Shown here in pieces: positions 61,818 to 64,000 of a stretch of DNA of 64,000 nucleotides. The position numbers were made by a program, and so were the translations under genes. Origin of the DNA: Dehalococcoidia bacterium (GTDB lineage Bacteria; Chloroflexota; Dehalococcoidia; Lucifugimonadales; QGNO01); the NCBI GenBank assembly GCA_965248955.1, contig OZ252212.1, positions 1,217,266 through 1,281,265 on the forward strand, given 5' to 3'. Positions within the stretch are counted from its first letter, which is position 1. Every line of letters starts with the position of its first letter. Below the pieces are notes generated by a model, which saw only the letters and a list, made by a program, of their open reading frames with translations, made no database searches and was not told where the DNA came from.

Positions 61818-62698
61818 GCCGTAAGCACTCCCAAAGCCCTAGCCTCGTTTACCAGCTGCTTCGTTTGCTCTTCGCTGAGAGACGCGATAGGCAGTCTGGG
61901 CTGCCCGCTATCGATCCCCAAGCGGGCCTTGACCAGCGCTTTGCAGGTGGCTTGCATCCCGTACTTGCCCGCCAGATCTATCAACCTTGCGCCCAGCTCT
62001 TGAAGCTCCTGCGCACGCTGAACGTCGCCTTCTCTATACGCCCTGTAAGCCTCCACCCAGATCTCCGGCGCCACCGTGAGCGGACCGTCTACCACTCCGT
62101 CAGCCCCGGCGGTAAGCGCGGCAAGGAACAACGAGCCGCTCCCGGTGAAGACGTCTATGCCCATTTGAGAGAAGCGGCGGATGTTGTGGAAGTCCGGCGC
62201 CGAGTGTTTGACGCCAGCTAACTGTGGAATCTGCTCTATCAAGGTGCTCATCAGTGCGGGGGTAATTTCAACCCCGGTGTACTTGGGTTGGTTGTAAACG
62301 AAGAAAGGGAGGTCCGCCGCGCCGGCAACGGCCTTGTAATGGTCGACGACCGCCTGGTCTGGGGGCCTGTAGAAGAAAGGCGGCACGCAGCTTATGGCGT
62401 CGACGCCCGCTATGCGGGCGGCTTCGGCCATTCGCACGGCGCTCTGCGTGGTGAGCGCTCCCACGTGGACAATGGTCTTGGCTCTACCCTTGGACTGATC
62501 GGCTGAAACCTGGGCTATCCTAACTACCTCTTCTTCGCTGAGCAGCACACTCTCGCCGGTGCCGCCGGTTATCCAGAACCCGTCGACGCCGGCTTGGATG
62601 TTGTGTTCCATCACTTCGCGGAAAGCCTCTTCATTGAACCTTCCCTCCGCATCGAACGGTGTAATCAATGCCGGGACGACACCATGGAAGTTACCCAT
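61814..62698 (-). CDS. Dihydrodipicolinate synthase/N-acetylneuraminate lyase-family class I aldolase
   Basis: GVVPALITPF, GFWITGGTGES, the VPPFFYRP region, and a KHS Schiff-base lysine context (GVKHSAPD). The ATG at 62698 lies 6 nt after GAGGAG; the ORF track starts 12 codons earlier. Confidence 0.85.
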   Translation of the reverse strand: MGNFHGVVPALITPFDAEGRFNEEAFREVMEHNIQAGVDGFWITGGTGESVLLSEEEVVRIAQVSADQSKGRAKTIVHVGALTTQSAVRMAEAARIAGVDAISCVPPFFYRPPDQAVVDHYKAVAGAADLPFFVYNQPKYTGVEITPALMSTLIEQIPQLAGVKHSAPDFHNIRRFSQMGIDVFTGSGSLFLAALTAGADGVVDGPLTVAPEIWVEAYRAYREGDVQRAQELQELGARLIDLAGKYGMQATCKALVKARLGIDSGQPRLPIASLSEEQTKQLVNEARALGVLTA

Positions 62699-62837
62699 AA
62701 CTTTCTCCTCAATCTTGCTGAAAGAAGTGTACAAGCCGCTTGAATGGGCGTCAAACTGACCTAAATCTGTTAAAGTGCCCTTAAATACAGGTTAAACAAT
62801 CGCGGATATTCTGAACGAACATACAAAAGCGTACTGT

Positions 62838-63524
62838 GTGAAGATGCTCAAGAAAAGCGTTGCAGAGTTCATTGGGACGTTTGGTCTTGTTTTTGCCGCA
62901 ACCGGGGCAATCATGGTCAACCAGCTTATGGACGGGCAGGTGACCCATCTGGGTGCAGGCCTGACCGTTGGAATGGCGGTGACGGTTATGGTATTCGCCA
63001 CGGGACACATTTCCGGCGCGCATATAAACCCTGCCGTCACCATTGCATTCGCGGTTAGCCGCCACTTTCCCTGGAAGAACGTCCCCTTCTATCTGGCGGC
63101 TCAGCTGGCTGGGGCCGTGTCCGCCAGCTTGGTGCTGCTGGCAATCTTGGGAGACGTAGCAGACATGGGAGCCACTCTGCCATCCGGCAGCGACCTGCAG
63201 TCTCTGGGCCTTGAGATTGTGCTCACCTTCTTCCTCATGTTTGTGATTATGGCGGTGGCTACGGATGTACGGGCTGTGGGCCAAGGCGCAGCGCTGGCCA
63301 TAGGCATCACGGTTGGTCTTGAAGCCATTTTTGCCGGCCCTATATCCGGCGCCTCCATGAACCCGGCGCGCTCACTGGGGCCGGCCCTGGTGGGTTGGAC
63401 GTGGTCCAGCCAGTGGCTCTATATTATGGGGCCGCTCACCGGGGCAGCAGCGGCTTCACTGGCATATTGGTGGCTAAGAGGAGAGGAGCATTATGCCGGC
63501 AAGGCGGATGAAGGAGAGAGATGA
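62838..63524 (+). CDS. MIP-family channel (NIP/AqpN-like aquaporin, likely arsenite/metalloid channel)
   Basis: Two NPA boxes (HISGAHINPAVTIAF and SGASMNPARSLGPAL), 6 TMS. ATGA overlap with arsC. The start is either the GTG at 62838 or the ATG at 62844. Confidence 0.88.
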   Translation: MKMLKKSVAEFIGTFGLVFAATGAIMVNQLMDGQVTHLGAGLTVGMAVTVMVFATGHISGAHINPAVTIAFAVSRHFPWKNVPFYLAAQLAGAVSASLVLLAILGDVADMGATLPSGSDLQSLGLEIVLTFFLMFVIMAVATDVRAVGQGAALAIGITVGLEAIFAGPISGASMNPARSLGPALVGWTWSSQWLYIMGPLTGAAAASLAYWWLRGEEHYAGKADEGER

Positions 63525-63916
63525 AGCGGGTCTTATTCGTTTGTGCCCACAATTCTGGGAGAAGCCAGATGGCCACTGCTTTTCTTGAAAAATTAGCCGG
63601 TGGAAGAGTAGAAGTGGATTCGGCGGGAACTCAGCCGTCCGATGCGGTTAATCCCGCGGTCGTCGAGGTTATGAGGGAGAAGGGAATAGACGTATCGGAC
63701 AGCAAGCCAAAGTTATTGACGCAGGACATGGTAGATAAGTCCGACAAGGTCATCACCATGGGTTGCTCCATTGAGGAGGCTTGCCCCACTGTGTTCCTCC
63801 CCAGCGAAGATTGGGGGTTGGAGGATCCCAGAGGCCAACCCGTAGAGGTGGTGAGAAAAATCCGCGACCAGGTGGAAGAACGGGTCAGGGCGATGATTCC
63901 CGTGCTTTCCCAGTAA
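63521..63916 (+). CDS. arsC: Arsenate reductase, LMW-PTPase (thioredoxin-coupled) type
   Basis: P-loop VLFVCAHNSGRSQMA (CX5R-S) and a downstream Cys pair in TMGCSIEEACP. 131 aa. Confidence 0.85.
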   Translation: MKRVLFVCAHNSGRSQMATAFLEKLAGGRVEVDSAGTQPSDAVNPAVVEVMREKGIDVSDSKPKLLTQDMVDKSDKVITMGCSIEEACPTVFLPSEDWGLEDPRGQPVEVVRKIRDQVEERVRAMIPVLSQ

Positions 63917-64000
63917 TTCTTGCCTCTGAATTTGCCCCGAGCCGTCGTCTTTAGGTTGTGCTATGCTATGGCCGCTTTTATCTAGGAGGTCAGATGCGTG

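Overview
This is a GC-rich 64-kb chromosomal window, read by eye only: no database search, alignment or folding program was run. The gene content suggests a monoderm, probably Chloroflexota-like (SAR202/Dehalococcoidia-type) marine bacterium. The clues are Pro/Thr-rich linkers in surface proteins, lipobox lipoproteins, a GuaB3-type gene, an LprG-like+MFS pair and many amidase/hydantoinase/ABC genes. This taxonomic call is inference.

Gene content, left to right:
- 3' part of a large surface protein
- hpnC-hpnD-hpnE squalene operon
- a decayed tandem sCache_2 gene
- hrcA-dnaJ-prmA
- LysE, then a minus-strand operon guaB3-like/argF/der/plsY/gpsA
- dmpA-like peptidase, panB-panC-surE, tRNA-Ala(CGC)
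- a pseudogene-dense segment: broken FN3 surface protein, pheS C-terminal remnant, SAM methyltransferase, twice-frameshifted LD-carboxypeptidase, one hypothetical gene
- tRNA-Arg(CCU), then an lprG-like lipoprotein + DHA2 MFS pump
- a small GIY-YIG nuclease gene embedded in hairpin repeats
- a 1710-aa cadherin-repeat adhesin with an EF-hand/dockerin-like tail
- a 706-aa membrane-anchored protein with three tandem beta-sandwich repeats
- recQ
- a tandemly duplicated GYD + DUF1028 two-gene module
- a peptide-type ABC importer without ATPase genes
- an amidase/GatC-like/RraA-like/orphan TPP-beta operon, a double hot-dog hydratase and an MFS gene
- an ATPase-permease-ATPase-permease ABC-2 system, then hyuB-hyuA
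- a lipoprotein fused to an OpuAC-type binding domain, interrupted by a 60-nt internal duplication
- a DapA-family lyase and an aquaporin-arsC pair

No CRISPR array, rRNA, integrase or transposase is visible.

The most interesting signals are:
- the asymmetrically diverged GYD-DUF1028 duplication
- the adhesin/anchor gene pair, a possible dockerin/cohesin-like arrangement
- the GIY-YIG hairpin-repeat family
- the tRNA-bracketed gene graveyard containing a pheS remnant
- the ectopic 49-nt duplication that splits the binding-protein gene
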